DNA of 64,000 bases from Paramecium tetraurelia. Lineage: Eukaryota. Below are positions 24,803 through 37,903 of the stretch, piece by piece (the first letter of the stretch is position 1; the number at the start of each line of letters is the position of its first letter). The translations under genes and the position numbers were made by a program. A model generated the notes under the pieces. That model saw nothing but the letters and a program-made list of their open reading frames with translations, searched no databases and had not been told where the DNA came from. Location of the stretch: NCBI GenBank assembly GCA_000165425.1, contig CT868163.1:248001-312000 (forward strand). The letters run 5' to 3'.

Positions 24803-26806
24803 ATGTCTTAATAATAATCGTAGTAGATAAGAAATCATTTCCTTGATAAGAAGCTTATTGGAACATTGTTTGAAGAGGAGGAAATAACCAAAAAGGATAA
24901 TTTCTATAACATGGAGGCTAGAGACGAAAAGGGACATAAGAGATTTCATGGAGCCTTTGAGGGGGGATTTGAAGCTGGGTTTAAGAACACTGTTGGTTCC
25001 AAATAAGGATGGGCCCCATAGAAGTTTATATCCTCGAGAACGAATAGAGGTATTAGAGATAAGTTAAGTTAGCAAAATACAATAATTAAACAATAAAGGA
25101 TTACATGGATGAAGATGATATCGGAAGATAAAAGCTAGGAGTTAATGTTACGATTTAACCAGAATACGATACTTTTGGTTAAAATGAGATCAACTTTTTA
25201 CAGCAACAATTAGGATCAGGATCTGGGTATATTGAATGCACTTTAAGTTAAGATGGCTCTTAGGATCAGCACCAGAGGAATTGATTTACAGAGACAATAA
25301 GTCAGTTGGTTATTAAGTACTTATGCGATTAAGGAAATAAGTGATCAAAAAGAGAAGCACAAATGTTGAACAAGAAAAACAAGAAACTTCTTAAGCTCAT
25401 AATTTAAAATACCTAAATTCTACCAATAATTAATATACAGGACTAGGATACAAATAAAACATAGATACCTTTGGCAATCCCTCAAATCCATTGGAATAAG
25501 CTTTTTGGACATTCATTAAGTAAAATGCTTCCATTATAATTGATGAAGATGAAGAAAAGAGAAAGAAGGATAATAGGATTAAAATGAATGGATTTACATC
25601 TTAAGATAGGGAGGAAGAATGTATTTGCATAATATTAAATTAAGATAACAACACGATCGAAGACGATGATGAACCCTATCAAAATAAAAGGAAATAAGTC
25701 AAGGGAGCTCTGGATGTTGGGATGAGATTTACTAAAGATATGATTCCATTGAGGATAGACACTAAAGATTACCTCATCAATGTTCCAGAAGATTATGATC
25801 CATATCATAAGGCTAAGAAACTCTTGGATTAAGGAAAGGATTATTCTTTTCTTTTTATCAATAAGACAAATTTTAAAAAGCCTGCCTCTAGTTCAAAGAG
25901 AGAAGAAATATTTAGAGAGGAAGAAACTGGTAATTGATATGTTTATTTAATTTTATAGCTAGTTCCATTAAAAGAGATATAAGCAAATAAAAGTTTGTCA
26001 AAGGCTCTAATCAAACAATGCTTGTAACTTAGTAGCCTAATCAATAGTAGATGGCTGAGAATTAAGATAACATTAATATTTTAAATTTATTTCCTCATCA
26101 ACCTGATAAATAATAGAGATATGCTTATTTTGTTAGGCAAAAATTAAATAAGACAACTGAGGAATAATTTTAAGTAGATGAGGAAGAAAAAGTTGATTTT
26201 GAAAGGCTGTATTAAATGTTTTAAGTAACTTCAAAGAATGTCATTGAAAAAAAATAAGAACCATAAAAACCAACTGAATAATAAGAAAAACCCAATCCTT
26301 TTTTGAGTTAAAGGGTTGTTAAGAGGTGGATTCCTGAAGACTTATTTTGCAAGAGAATGGGAGTTCCTTAGCCTTACAATGATGATGAGAAAGCAATGAT
26401 TGAGAAGATCAATGAAAGAAGCCATCAGAAACCAAATATGGCAACTAATAATAGGAACTTCTTATTTATGGATAAAAAAGAGTAAATATGCTGATTTTCT
26501 ATTCCTAGGTTTAAGTCTGGGGGTTTCATGTAACCATAAGAATTTACTTAATCTACAGCATAATTTGATCCAGTTGCTCTAGGTTTGCCGTTGTCATTCA
26601 AATCGCACTCATATGAAAGAAATCAATAAGAACGATTATTGTAATTAGAGAATATGGAAAGAGCACAGACTTAAGTGGTAAGTAAATAGGAGAAAATAAA
26701 CATAAAATTCTCTGAAGATAAGGAGGATATGCTACCTAGTAGAATTTAAGATCAAAATATATTTGAATTTATATTTGGAGATGATGAGGAGGATGATTAG
26801 TAGTGA
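24803..26806 (+). CDS. GPATCH1: GPATCH1/TOUGH-like splicing-associated protein
   Basis: [41 protein letters not shown]-terminal [18 protein letters not shown]. Confidence 0.88.
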
Positions 26807-26841
26807 TTATTGATATAATCAATATTAATAAATAAATGATA

Positions 26842-27291
26842 TCATAATTCCCCAAATATTCTTGTTACTAGTTTCTATTGAGGTCTGCTCTTTAAGAATG
26901 ATTTTTAAACTTGCTTTTATTTATTGAAACTAATTTAACTAGACATTTTTTAAGGACTAGATTCATTTGATTTATTAATGTTAGTATAAGGAAATCTGTC
27001 TGCTCTACTAGCATTAGGAGTAAACAATTAATCTTTGATGAAATTGCCTATTAGCTTTTTGTGGCTGTCAGGAGATTCAGCCTCAGTGTATATTTACAAT
27101 TTAGGGAGTTCTATTTAACTATTTGTTCTTTTTATTTTGATATTACTATTAGATCCTTTTTTATAAGGATCAATGCATATAATTTAGAGAGATTTTTGTG
27201 ATTATTTCTAGGAAGAAAAGGGAGCATTCGATTAGATTGGAAAGAAAAACTGTGCTGTTTTATCACAATCTGTTGTTGAGCAAGTATTCAT
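26842..27291 (-). CDS. Hypothetical protein (149 aa)
   Basis: Intronless ATG-to-TGA frame. Confidence 0.6.
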
Positions 27292-27410
27292 AAATAATTA
27301 TTTATTTCTTATTTATTATATATATATATAAGCTAATTAAGGAACCGTATATTAGACATTAATAATATAAGGGTGGATTTGATATTGCTAACATAATAAT
27401 ACTATTCAAA

Positions 27411-28867
27411 TCAATTGTATTTTGGGAGTTCATTATCATAAATGAAACTATCAAACATTTCAAAGCCGTTTTATCTTTGATCTTCAGGGACCATCTAATT
27501 TAAATAGATAAGAATAACTTACATGTCCAGCTCCTCTTACAACGACAAACTTCAAGTAGTTATATTAGGTGACCCAACCAGCCAAATCCAAATCAGTATT
27601 GCCCCATGGAGACCAAGAATCCAATTCTTAGATACCTGGTATCATATCAATTGATCTTTCAGTATCAACGACACTGACGATGGCATCCTAATCACCAGAG
27701 TAGATTAAGATTCTGACTCCTGATTGATTTAAAAATGGAAGAATTTGATAACTTCCACTTTTGCTAATAGTATAGGCTTGGTTGATTTCCATATTGCAGG
27801 CAGACCAGAAGTAGGGTCTTTCTAAGATGTGTAAAGCTTCTTGGACTTATGCATTATTATAATATTCTGTGATGGGTCCGAAATCAGAACAAGGAGCCCC
27901 ACTATTTCCTACTTTTTAGAATTTGTTTCCTTCGTACCAAGATACATATGGATATCTGATATTTTCGCCTGATTTTGTCTTGGGTTTCAAAAAGTCTGGA
28001 GTTGTATCATCTTTGCAATAACCATAAACATTATAGATATTAATGTTGGATCCTAAGCAGACTTCCTCAAATTGAGATTGAGCCAATAGACATTTGACTG
28101 AGTCTGGTTTGGCACTGCATATTTTTCTAATTGTGTTTGTGGCAGTGGGAGGCATGAAATTTCTTCTAAGGAAATACTCTTGTAAGGCTGACCATCTCTT
28201 CTATTGGTCTGATACCAACAAACCATTTCCAATCAAGATACCTTCCAAAGGTATTTTCAATGAGGCTAATTTATTTCCATTCACAATGGCTTAGGCTGTA
28301 TATGGAATATACATTCCTAGTGATTATTGAATTTTGAGTACCTGCATATGACTCTCCTGCAATGAAGAATTTGTTTCTTTGGAATTACTTGAAAGCTTAA
28401 AACCAAGCCAATATAGCTTAGTAATTGTCTTGGCCAGAATTCTCATCATTGTATACATATGAATCATCTTTATTCAATGAGAATCCTACTCCTGCAGGCG
28501 ATTCCAAGAATAAAAGGTTGGCTCTGGCATTCCAAGGGTAAGGATTCTTCTTGAATTTTCTATCCTCATCAACCATCACAAATGGACCAATTTCTTCGTT
28601 CAATCCCAATAATGAAGAGCATCCTGGTCCACCATTCAACCACAATACAACAGGATCAGTTGAGGGATTGCTTTGACTCTCAAGAAAAACATAATGCAAT
28701 TATCTACATCATTATTCATCATACCTTAATTGTGATCCAGCTGGTAGATATCCTGAATAAGAATTAAAATTATAATCTCCCCACCCTGGAAAAACTACCT
28801 TATCAGCATCTGGGTTAACAGCATAAACTGTTCCTATGACAAATCCTACAATTAAGAATGACATCAT
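27411..28867 (-). CDS. Serine carboxypeptidase, family S10
   Basis: Signal peptide; [31 protein letters not shown] catalytic-triad motifs. Confidence 0.93.
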
Positions 28868-29200
28868 TATATTATTATTATTATTATTTTTATCAAACAC
28901 TATCGATTCATATATATCATTATGATCAATATTCCGTATGGGAACTTATGTCTACTATTTATTTTTTCCTTGTTGTATCTTCCATAGTCGCTCCCCTATC
29001 TATATTCTTAACACTGCTTCGGATTGTGGCTAATACTGCGAAGCACTTTGATTAATTAATATGATTTGTATTATTTAATATATAGAATTTTTAGAAACCT
29101 CGAATAGCCTTCAATTTTTCATCTCACAAACACCTTTCTAAACAAAGAGTTATTTGAATAAATAATTAAATCTTAATACTAATTTATTATTAATTGCCAA

Positions 29201-29623
29201 ATGAAAAGAAAAACATACAAAAAGGAATATGAAGTTGAATCTATTGTGGAGAAGAAATTCGATGAACAAACCAAAGCCTATCTCTATTAGATTAAATGGA
29301 AGGGCTACCCACACTCATAAAATACTTGGGAACCAATAGAGCATTTATAAAACCCGCATGTCAAAAAAATGGTCAAAGAATTCGATTCAACCTAAGAGAC
29401 GACTCCCACGAAAAAACACATTAATTTAGAACTCCTAAAGCAATGTCTCTTAAAGAAACTCACTGACTTTTTAATTAAAAATGCGCCTTAAGAAAATGAT
29501 TTACAGGAAATTATTTTAAGTGATTTCAGCATATCATCAAATGAAAACAATTCCAATTTCAAAATGCCCAAACTCAGAGAAGAAACTAAAACTTCCACCA
29601 AGAAACCTTACTCATAATTCTGA
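29201..29623 (+). CDS. Chromodomain protein (140 aa)
   Basis: EYEVESIVEKK..YLYQIKWKGYPHSQNTWEPIEHL with intact Y/W/Y aromatic cage. Confidence 0.88.
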
Positions 29624-29970
29624 AATGCACTACATTCTTTAAGTTCCAATTCTTGAGTAATTTTAACTTAAAACAATAAATTATTATATAATTTTTTATT
29701 AAAAGGAATAATTGTAAATTTCCTATACAACTATTACTCCTTTCTCATTCACATTCTCACCTAAATCATTTCCCATATGGTTAATTATCCATCCTATCTT
29801 TAGAGTTTAATTTATGATATGCAGGAGTCAGAAATTTTAAGATGAAACCTCCATAAAATATTATATAATTCTTCTTAACATATCATCCCACTCACTAAAT
29901 ATTTGTATTTCCAACACCTCATATCATTTATTTTTATATTTAAAACAAGAAATAAAATATTTTATTATTT

Positions 29971-31939
29971 ATGTAAGGAAAATCCCAGAGAGAAAATGTT
30001 AGTTCGTTGGATCTTAATTCATCATCTATTACTTAATCTCAAAATCAAATCGTATTTAATGGAATAACCTTAAAATCTAATTCCCCAAGAACAATTCAAG
30101 CATGTCAGAAGTTAGGAATAGATCTGGGCATTTTCCAAATAAAGTAAAAAATTTTTAAATTTGTAGAGATATTGACAATTTTCGTACGAATGATTGTTAC
30201 AGCGATGAAATTCTTTAATTGCGATATGAGCATTACATTAATAAAACTAATCGTAAAGATCAACATTATTTTAGAATTATTGAATGAAATATTTTAGGCA
30301 AGAAAAGAAATCATACGAAAGAATAGATAACGCCAATTATAATGTGCTTCAATAGATTCTCTTGAAAGATCGGTTTCTCTTAAATAAGGCTCTACCATTG
30401 ATTAATCGGAGTATGTTAATAGTTTTATATATGTGACTAGACTCAAAAAATAAATGGATTATGCTTACAATAGGACTTTATAATATTTGTAATAATAGAA
30501 AGTAGTTGATGGATATGCTCCATAAACTATAGGAGAATGTTAGGATGTTGCATAGTTTGAAGGTGGGTTGAATAAAGAATTATCTAGATATAATAAACAT
30601 AAAATTTAGAAAATAGTACTTAAATAAATTATCCTAGAGAGAAGCCTAAATTAAATTGGAGGAAGACAAAAAAAGAGTTGAATTATTAGAAAAAATTTAG
30701 GAAAGAGACTAAAGAATTGTTCATGTCATGACGAAAAAATAATAAGAAATAAAGGAGAAATACAGTACATCTAGGAAAGTAGAAAATAAAAGAATGGATA
30801 CTTAAGAAATGGAATCTCAGTCTTAACCCAGAGAGAATGAAGCACAAAGGAATGTATAATAATTATCGTAAGAGTATATTAATATTAAGAAATAATGAAA
30901 TCAGAAGTAAGTTGTTAATGAAAATGGATGATTAGAAAGAGAAGAAGAAAAGGGAACAAGTCTTATTGAGAAAAGAAGAATTTGAAAAATAAATTGATAT
31001 GGATTGTCAAATGTAAATGGCAAAGATACAATAAAAATTGGAGAATAGTGAGAAAATGCAAAGAGAATTAATCCAAAACAAAATAGAAAAAATAAAAGAG
31101 TAAAATCTTAAAGAGTAATAAATTATGAAACAACAAAAATAACTTAAAGATAAGATATCACAAGATCATATAAATTAACTTTTAGAAAAAATGGTACAAA
31201 AAGAGAAAGACTTTTAAATAAACTAAAAGTCAATTTAGAATATAGAATAAGAGAAAAAAATAGAAATTAAATAAAAATAAAAGAAAATTAAATCTAATTA
31301 AGGAGATGTTTTTAAGGATAGAGAGTAATTATAGATTATAAGTTTTTAGTGAGAAATTAAAGCAAATAAATGAGAAGTTTACGAAGATAGAATAATTTAA
31401 TAAAATAAAAAAAGTAATAAAATCAATCAATTTAGGAAGAATAAGATTACAAAATATTATTGAAATAAGAATTGAGAAAGCTCAAGGAATAAGATAAACA
31501 AGATATATTAGAGAGATAAAAAAGATAGAATGAATACAGAATGTAAGAGATTACAGAAAAATACAGATAAGTTGATGAAAAAAACTAATTAAAACAATAT
31601 TAAAATGTATGCTCCTTATTTATTATGTTAGACTCTCTTATAATAAACATCTATGTAAATCAGCAAATAGGAAATATTATAAAGAAATCGAATCTATTCG
31701 CATTTATAAGAAATGAGTGATAATCTCTTTAATAAAAAAGTTAGAAAGCGAAAGTAATGAATAAAATAAATGTTAGTTTAAGTCAACTTGAAAAAAATGT
31801 CCTCACAATTAAACCTAAACCTGATAATCAAAAAGAAGACACTGAGTTTGAGGATCATACCAAATTATTGATTACAATGCTCCAAACCTCTGATGCTGAA
31901 GAAACAGTAAAAATCAAATAGAGTAGAAGACAAAATTGA
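29971..31939 (+). CDS. Coiled-coil protein with N-terminal SPRT..AC..LGI motif
   Basis: NSPRTIQACQKLGID..LRYEHY then long K/E/Q-rich helical region; several introns. Confidence 0.7.
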
Positions 31940-33324
31940 TGTCTTTTTCATTTTCTTTTATTTAATTTTAATATCTAAAGAATTAAATTATGAATTTCAC
32001 ATTTCCTTATTGTCATTGTTTATAGGGTCTTAAATTAATTTAGGATAACTCATTTATATAATTTATAAAAATATTAAAACATACTAAATCAAAATTGACA
32101 TTTATTTGCGGTTTAATCAAAGTAATCTTTTGACATTAGGTCATATATTATTTTTTCAATATTTTCATATCAGTTCCCTGAGATTATTATAACATCCAAT
32201 TAGCTAATATTCATTTATCGCCTTCCAGTTTTCAATTACAAAATAGCTTTACATAATTAGTGACAATGATCTCATTTATAATAATCAATCCCTACTTGTT
32301 TAATTCTATCATTTTTTTTATTTTCTTCAAATAGATTTTACGGAAACCTTTTCTTAATTGTATTTAACTTGACATTATAATTTGAGAATTTTAGAGAGTA
32401 AAATTAGTATTAGTTTAAATAAAAGAATTTCACTTTCTGTCCTTATTCTCTAATTCGACCAGGGGTGTTAATTAAATATCTATTGGATTTAGCTATTTTA
32501 CCTTTGACATTCTAGACTTTTATGATTTTAAGTTAATTTTATTTTTTTAACTATTATATCATATTTATAAAAGCTAAGTTTACTTAAGTGTATTAAAGTT
32601 TTTATTGAGATTCTTGATTGTTTATCACTAACAGCTCTCACTCATTTTAATAGAAATCATAAAGTTGATGATTAGATTATTTTAAATATGAAAATTAGGT
32701 CAAATAAAAATTATATGTAATTTTTAATAAAATTCTCTTTATAAAGAAAGAACTTTAGATTAATGATTAATATCAAGGATAGATAACTTTACTCCTTGAA
32801 TCAGGATGCATCAATGAATTTTATTTAATATCCTCACCAATTATTATAATTTAGTATTTTTAAACAAGATAGGAAATTTCTAATATATCAAACAGGTTGT
32901 ATTATGATATCATGTCTAATTATTCACATTATCAAAAATTGGTGCTTCAATTCAGTATAAAATAATTCTGAATAAATTCATAATCTACTTATCTTAAATT
33001 ATTATTAATTACTAAATTAACCTAATTATTGATTGATTATCAACATTAATTAATAACTAAAGTTTCTCAAATTTACTAATCTAGTAAATACATCATTCAA
33101 AAATCCTCTATAATGAGTTTAGTTTATTTTCTTAAATGGTTAACATATTTATGTAAATTAGATAACCATATTTGAGAATTATTTATATAATATCTCAAAA
33201 GTATTATTCAATACTAAAATTATTACATAAATGAAATTATAATATTAAAAATACGGGATTCACAAAATCACTTTGACATAACCAAGGATATCTTTTTCTT
33301 TATAATTATAAATATAAAAAATCA

Positions 33325-34247
33325 TCATTCAAACAACCAATTAGATAATTTTCTTAAATGCCATAGATAACTACTACAAACTTATCTCGAACTGATCCTA
33401 ATTTTATGTTACACTATTTAGTATAGCTTAGATTTCTGTGCAATAATTTTTATTATCCTCAATATTCTATAAAATATACTTATTGATTTTTGTACTTTGC
33501 AAAATGAACGCTTTTAGTTTAATTAATCTTTAATCATCAAAACAGAGTCATTTATAAATAAATTTAGTGCTAATCGTAGACGTTTTAACTCCTCATACAT
33601 ATAAGATTGATTGTAACTAGTTTAATGAATACTAAATTACAATAAAAATTTACTCTTAAGTATTTTAAAATTTATTTTTAATTTAGATCACTACGTCCTT
33701 AAAATATTATTCCAAATCACGGCAATCCTTATTTTAAATATCAATTTTTTGTTGCTATAGGATCGGTTCAAATGATTTTTTGATTTAATCAAAATTACAT
33801 TTTTATGATAGAATAATCTCTTCTATAATATTCTCAATATTTGATTCATAATCGTAAAAGTTTTCGTCATTCTCATCATAGATTTGATGACTAACATATC
33901 TCTACAGAATTTGATATGTAAACTTTTTTAGACTATAAATCTCTTTCAAGTGTCTATTTCTTTTATCCTTTTGTGCTTTATTTATTAACTCTCTATATAG
34001 CATAATCATTTTACATTTTAGCATTTAATTACTTTATCTTTCCTTCCTTTTCTTGCTCAAGCATTTCAAGTTTTTTAATTGCTTATTTTAGCTCCAAATT
34101 TCTAAAACTATTCTCTAATAACCTGTCATTAAGGATTTCAATCTGACCCTGTAATTCTATGATCATCCTTTCGTATTCTGTTGAATCTGTTTGGTTTTGA
34201 ATAGAGTATCTGCTGTCTTCGCCATATCTATCATTTTCCTTTATCAT
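33325..34247 (-). CDS. Hypothetical coiled-coil protein (3' end uncertain)
   Basis: ATG 34247; heptad-like YERMIIELQGQIEILNDRLLE; a 22-nt intron restores frame. Confidence 0.55.
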
Positions 34248-34271
34248 TTATTATATTAATTACCTAAATAA

Positions 34272-34716
34272 ATGAATATTGAAAACCACTAATAGCACTA
34301 AATGTAAAAGAGAATAAAGGAAAGATTTGTATATGAGGCCAAATTCTTAGTCGACTAATGGCGGTAAGAGTAATCTTTATCCACTAGATTGATATTTGAA
34401 TAGAGACACTTTTAAGATGGAAAAATGATCAAGTACACTCTCGACCAAGCTGCAGAAATAGTAGGAGTTTCAAGAAAAACTTTAGAAGACTATTATTATT
34501 GCTTGAAAAAAGCTGAGAAAATAAGTAAGCAATTTAACTTAGAGAGTAGTTGATATTAATTAATTTATGAATTGTAAAATGGGAGTAATCCGAAGAATCA
34601 TAAAAGAACATAAGAAGTAGTCAGACGAGTAAAATATTATAGATACAAATTAATTCTTTGCTTTAGAAAATGAAAATAACGAGCCAAGAAAAAATAGTTT
34701 TGAATATGATGATTGA
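34272..34716 (+). CDS. Small helix-turn-helix protein, putative transcription factor
   Basis: KRIKER..QWR..KYTLDQAAEIVGVSRKTLEDYY..KMGVIRRIIK; two introns. Confidence 0.72.
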
Positions 34717-35765
34717 GTAACAATGATAATATCTATCTGTGTAAATTACCTACACTAAACAATAATAAATAAAAAATACTCTATAAAAACCATTAATACA
34801 CAGTTCTTCAATTTGAGCAATAATTCTTTAGAAACATTTATGGAAATTGATAATTCATTTGATGAATTGAAGTACTTACTTTACTCTTCATCAAAAGTGA
34901 TATAGTGTAAAGTTAAATAAAGTATATTATTTTTATAAGAATATTCTAAAATTGAAGAAGATTAGATTCTTAATAAAACTGCTTTGACATATTTACAAAA
35001 GAAATCATTTAATTCATGAAACAATTGAACTATTCAGATGAAATATTTCATATTTAAACAATGTAAACAAGAGACGAATTTTGATTTATTTAATTTTAGA
35101 CTAATTAGGCTGGATCATTACAATGTTTTTCCAAAAGGTTGAAATAATAAATACATATATACTTTGTAAATGCTAAAATATATTGTATATAATAATTATA
35201 TAAGTTCCGATAAGTTCTATATTTTACAAATAAGTTATTTAATAGAAATTCAAAAGACTTATGATAAATTTCCATTAATATATGCTATTATCCATTATAC
35301 TCGCATTTTACTTTGAGTAATTAATCATGATCAAGAACATAAGAGAAATATGATAAATGAAATTGATTGTTTAAAAAAACATATTTTGCTTCTTATATTT
35401 AAATCTACATATACATCGTTTCTTGATTATCACAATTGTTAAAAATAATGGTTTCGCGATATAATTTTATAAATAAGTAGTTGAGTAACTTAAATTGACT
35501 CTACTTCAAACTTCTTCGATCAACCTGTTAAGCGATTCTATTAGTTTGTATTGTTGATGTTTAAATAGTTGCTCCTATGCTAATCGATAGCTATTAAACT
35601 TTTAAAGAGATCAACTTTTATAGTCGAACTGTACATCACTTTGATGCAATTGTGATTCTTAAGAATTTTACTATTCTTATTTTTGTGCAGAATGAGAATG
35701 AATTAGAGATATTTAGTTTTAATATGAATTATTAGATTCTCTTATAATTAAAAATTAAGAGAAAA

Positions 35766-35778
35766 TTATCCGTTTTTA
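35766..35778 (+). promoter_or_regulatory. Candidate TMP-gene upstream motif TTATCCGTTTTTA
   Basis: 12/13 identical to 14940-14952. Confidence 0.4.
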
Positions 35779-35833
35779 AATTGTTTTTTGCTATAAAACG
35801 AAGACAATTTTCTATTTTTCTTTCATTAATAAA

Positions 35834-36982
35834 ATGAAATCAATCATCATTTTGGTTTTGGTTGCCACAGCCTTTGCTACAAACTTAGCAGCATTCGAGA
35901 AACTCGAAAAGAGCAAACTCGGAAAGACATTGTTGAACACAATTGCCATCCAAATGCAAACAGGTGAACCACTTGAAAGAATCTTCTAAACCCTTTATGA
36001 CTTGGAAGACAGATATTAAAACGATTAAAGAGAAGATGATGCTGAAAACAAGGCATTCTAAGGTGTTTGTGATGCTGACCTCGCTGGACTCAACTAAGAA
36101 CTCGCCAACCTTGAATAAAGAGACACAGAATTATAAGCCACACTTGACTAACTCCAACCAGTCCATGACTAAAAGGTCGGATAAAGAGTTGCCAAATTAG
36201 CTGAAAAGGCCCTCCTCTAAAAGGTTATCGATGAAACCACAGCCAAGAGATAAGAAGAAAACGATGACTTCGAAGCTTAAAGAGAAGAATTCACCTTCGT
36301 TTCAGGCGTCCTCGCTGAAGCAAGAAGACTCTTCACAGACAACTTATAAGCCCCAGCTTTCTTATAAAAGGGAGCTAGCGAAGCCGTCCACTATACACCA
36401 TAAGTCTTTGCTTAAGTTGCTTCACACTTGAACGCCGCTGCTCACAAGGCCGGATAAATGAAACACGTCAGAACCTTCGGAAAAGCCATCAAACTTATGG
36501 CTTAATTGGCTGTCAAATCCTAATAATATGCCAACTAAGAATTAACCGGAAGAATCATCCAATTGATCGACGACTTATAAAACTAATTATAATAAGCTTT
36601 CGATTTGGCCAGAAAGACTGAAGATTCAAGAAGATAAGCCTTTGAAGCTTACAACACCCTCTTAAACAGAGACATGAACAAGCTCAACTCAGCTATTGCC
36701 AACTTAGAAGCTGAAATCTAATCATTGGCTGACTAACTCGCTGCCACCCACAGCTCATAAGATGACAACACCGCCAGACATGAAGCCAAGACCTAATAAA
36801 GAGATGACAGAAGAGCTGAATGCTAATAAGCTGCTTATGAATACTAATAAAGAAGATCCGCCAGAGATGGAGACAGATAAACTGTTTCTGACTTGATTGG
36901 TCATTTGAACACCAACATGAGAGACTTGAAAGAATACATCGCCATGAGAGTTGCTGCTGGTGATTCAGATTTAAGTTAATGA
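35834..36982 (+). CDS. Trichocyst matrix protein precursor (382 aa, intronless)
   Basis: Signal peptide; LEKSKLGKTLLNTIAIQMQTGEPLERI pro-region; bipartite acidic helices; strong C-ending codon bias suggesting high expression. Confidence 0.88.
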
Positions 36983-37094
36983 GAATATATAACAGTATAT
37001 CAATTTTACATAACAGCTTCCCATTCTTATCTTTCCAAAATTAAATTACTAATAATATTTCGTAGATAATAATATGTGATAATATGCATAATAT

Positions 37095-37779
37095 TCAGCA
37101 ACAAAAGGGCTTATTTTAATGTTGTTTGCTATTAGGATTCTGCGGTCCAATCTTCAAAGTGGAGTTTACATTTTCAGTGTTTGATTTACGATTCTCTTCT
37201 ATCAACTGTTCTTTAAAAACCCGTTCCCCTATTTAAATGAATGTTTCCTAATATATTCTATTCAATACTTGCACTCCCAAGTTTTCTTTGCAACTTGTTT
37301 TAAAAAAGTTAGCGTTGTATTATCTGGCCAATTCTTCAGCCATGTTATCTGATACATTCTGCTCTAAATCGCATTTATTTCCTATTATCACTCTAACTTC
37401 ACAATTACATCATTATTACTTTAATCTATAGGTCCTTAATCCTGCAATTATTGAAACCATTCTTTTACTCCTTCAAAACTTTATAAATCATTAACATCAT
37501 AAACTAAAAGAGCTACTTTTGCATCTCAAAATACACTAATTAAATACCCCTATAATATAAAGGTAATATTGCCTTATATTTCTCTTAACCTGCAGTATCC
37601 CATATTTAAAATTTCAATGCTTTTCCATCTATTAATATTGTTTTGCTCTAAAATGCTGCTCCCAAAGTAGGTTGGCCCTTTTCTTGAAAATCATTCTCAA
37701 CAAATCTATACAAAAGGCTACTTTTTCCAACTCCTGAAACTCCTAATAAGACTACTTTTATTTCCTTTGTTTAACTCAT
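37095..37779 (-). CDS. Rab GTPase, Rab5/Rab22-like
   Basis: [29 protein letters not shown]-terminal CC; three introns. Confidence 0.92.
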
Positions 37780-37903
37780 TTATATTTATAATATTAATTA
37801 TTTAGAAATTCATGAAAAACTATATGTATTACATAAACCTCTTTTCCATCCTCTATTTTATATAGAAAATATATTAATCAATTAATAACAAAATTTATAA
37901 TTT

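Noticed and set aside
28866..28888. (TTA)n run upstream of the carboxypeptidase giving an in-frame poly-Asn extension
   Set aside because: The signal peptide begins at ATG 28867, so this is most likely a 5' UTR microsatellite
13246..29623. PAXX-like, Trp-repeat and chromodomain genes as a genome-rearrangement cluster
   Set aside because: Many unrelated genes intervene and nothing in the sequence indicates co-regulation; reported separately
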